A stretch of DNA of 63,681 bases, filler included, from Squatina squatina (Eukaryota), in assembly GCA_031763465.1 (NCBI GenBank). It is 3 parts of 3 records of this genome, joined end to end, with 100 filler letters (N's around TTAATTAATTAA, not from the genome) between each part and the next. Parts side by side here need not be neighbours in the genome. Positions count along the whole stretch, not along the records: positions 41,499 to 63,681 come from JARFOE010000194.1; 2 more parts are not named here. One strand, written 5' to 3'. The notes below the pieces were generated by a model. It was not told the DNA's origin, ran no database searches, and saw only the letters and a list, made by a program, of their open reading frames with translations. This document shows, piece by piece, positions 61,181 through 63,681 of the stretch. Every line of letters begins with the position of its first letter. Within the stretch, counting starts at the first letter, position 1. The position numbers and the translations under genes were made by a program.

Positions 61181-63681
61181 GGCTTTACAAAGGGTTTCAA
61201 GAACTATCCTGCTCCATCGACAACAGAATATAGACTGGAACGCTTTATTCTTCTCATAGTTCCTCTGAAGCAGTTTATCTGATGGGTTTTCCATTTTTTT
61301 TAAAAAAGAACTTACAGAATGCATTTTGTAATGTGTTTCTTACTAGCCCTGACACTCTGGTTAATTCTTATTCTAATACTTGCTGCCACACTTCCTGCTT
61401 CATTAGGTCTGGGGGAGCAGTCTGATCTGTGGTCTTCATCATAGCCACTGTCAGCGCCACTCCATGACAGGTACTGCGCTTCAGCGAGGCAGGATTGGTA
61501 CCAGTAGCATTTCCATTCCCCTGGTTAGAGCACTGTGCTACTGTATAATATACCCTCTAATGTTTGAATGAGAACTAAAGAAATTTGCGTAGTGCATTTA
61601 TCACGAACTTTTCTGATTGGGCAGTTGAAATAAGAGGCTTGATTCTGAAGAAAGTCTGTAATTTTTTTTTTTGGCCATAACGAATTTAACTTGTTAACAA
61701 TGATTGTTTCACTGCAATCTTAACTTGCACAGACAGTTCTTTAACATGCAAATGATAATACTATCATATAGTTTGAACAGGATAACGTTTTGGTTTAAAA
61801 GGCAGTGTGTGACCTTTCAGTCCATCGAAAGCACTAACAGCAAAATGGTTCATTCATAAACTGATGATACAAAGTGATGGGTGACATTAAGTGATTGCCA
61901 GGTTATCACTTCATGACAATATTCTTCTTGCAGTAAAAGTGTTTGAATTGCACCACAACAAAAGAAAACAAATACACTTCTATATTCCTCAGATGCAGAT
62001 GGTTAAGAAAGCGTTGCGCAATCACTACAGGAAATGGCGTCAGTGACCACTCTGAAGTCTTTTTTCCACAATTTCACATTCTAACACAGAGGTCGACTTT
62101 AACTCTTGGGCGTTGGTGAGCCACCCATTCTCTGGCGAAGTGGCCCCCGTGATTTTGAGGCCACGGTCTTTGCCAGGTAAGCTGCAGGGCAACAAGCAGG
62201 CGTCCCAACGCAGCTCGCCAGATTGAGTGCTGGAAATCGGGCCAGAACAACCACCAGCAAGGTTGCTGAGGGTGGTTGCAATCACGACTTCGGTTCCTCC
62301 GGGGCCCACAGTATAGTTGAATGCTTACCTTTGAAGGTCCTCTTCTCTCTTCCTGCACTGCACAGGCTCTAACCAGTGCCTACCTAAAATGGCAATCGGG
62401 GTCATATTTACATCATAGGACCCTGAGTTCCATCTTAAAAGGGGCATAGTGCCTGAAATAGACTCCCAGCAGCAGGCCTCTTTTAAAATGGAGCCAGCCA
62501 CATCACAGGTATTAACGGGGTGGTAAGGCTACAAGCCCCATACTGAGGCTGTTACCGCTCCACTAACGTCAGATGAAAGTCAAAATGGACCCTACAACAG
62601 TACAGAGTCAACATTTTACAAGTATTCAATTGTCAGAATAATACAAAAATGTTCAGAAATATATAGGAAAGAGCCCAAGAATGCAAACAGACTACCATTA
62701 TAATCAACTGATCCAAGTAACGTTTATAGATTTAATAAATGACAGAACTTAAGATATTCTGACTACCTCACACTGACTTTGTGTTATAGTTTTCTTACTT
62801 AGGGGGCAAGTTTATAAAGAATAGTGTGAAATGAGAGAACAACTTGTTATAATGTCTGGAAATGGTTATGAGGATGAGTTGGCTGTGCCAGGAATTAACA
62901 CATTTTGAAATGTTACGCCAGACTGGTCTGAACTGGGCTAAATTGGATTATTACTTTGGAACCAACGTCCCTCTAGGGTGCGTGGGCGTGAGGTCACGCA
63001 TCAATCAGGGGGTCCCGCGCAGACTGTTGCTGCTNNNNNNNNNNNNNNNNNNNNNNNNNNNNNNNNNNNNNNNNNNNNNNNNNNNNNNNNNNNNNNNNNN
63101 NNNNNNNNNNNNNNNNNNNNNNNNNNNNNNNNNNCCCCGTCACCCCAGGCCAGCAGAACTGATGCCCCCGCTTCTACCCAGCTGACTCAGCATTGGTCAT
63201 GCATCCATTTTCTCTACATAGTGCATTTGCCAGAATTTTCATTTCTTAAGTGCTGACTCCTTGCAAATAAGCTGCCATTTATTATTATTTCAATAAAACT
63301 TCAGCACTAAACAAATGCTCAGTGTTATCCACAGTTACAGATGCTAGACCAGTTGGGACTAGCCAGCTCCAACTATAGTGTTGAAATCCAATACACAAAG
63401 GATTGTACAATTAAGAATTCTTACAAACAGACTAAGCAGAATTAGTAAAATCCTGATTAATGTATAACTAATTTCTCAAGGAATGTTACACTTGCATCAG
63501 GATTATGTCTTAATCAGGATTTCTGCAGACACAATATAAAACAATAGTTGTACCTTAGCTCTTAAAGCATGTTAGTATGAATGTTCTTTTCAGGGTTGTT
63601 TAATATATAATACTAGGGTGCATAACAACGGGGCACAGTTGTAACAACTGGCTCTGTTACTGACTGGGATCACAGAGGGAC

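Overview
Fragmented eukaryotic genomic scaffold with a ~100-N gap every 1-3 kb. It is almost certainly from a cartilaginous fish (shark/ray), judging by its repeats: CR1 and L2 LINEs, a Deu-domain SacSINE1-like SINE, Penelope-like fragments and GC-rich non-autonomous DNA transposons. The only host gene I can support is the 3' part of DCC (netrin-1 receptor) on the minus strand. Five coding exons with canonical GT-AG ends are visible, equivalent to human exons ~23 (TM), 24 (P1), 26, 28 and 29 (P3), followed by a long repeat-poor 3' UTR. Exon numbers and the human protein are recalled from memory, not aligned. The most striking signal is an in-frame TGA at a conserved Gly in the penultimate exon, although everything downstream is still strongly conserved. 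Two expected in-frame exons (25 and 27/P2) are not visible and probably lie in gaps. Other points of interest: degenerate minimal hammerhead-ribozyme motifs in Penelope-like repeats; a MITE family whose hairpin array shows compensatory base changes and a perfect 24-bp stem; a spliced Harbinger-type Myb/SANT gene relic; a hAT MITE with a perfect 8-bp TSD; and two artificial TTAATTAATTAA linkers that cast doubt on continuity beyond ~27.4 kb. Most ORFs in the supplied track are spurious or run through N gaps. Repeat boundaries are approximate.
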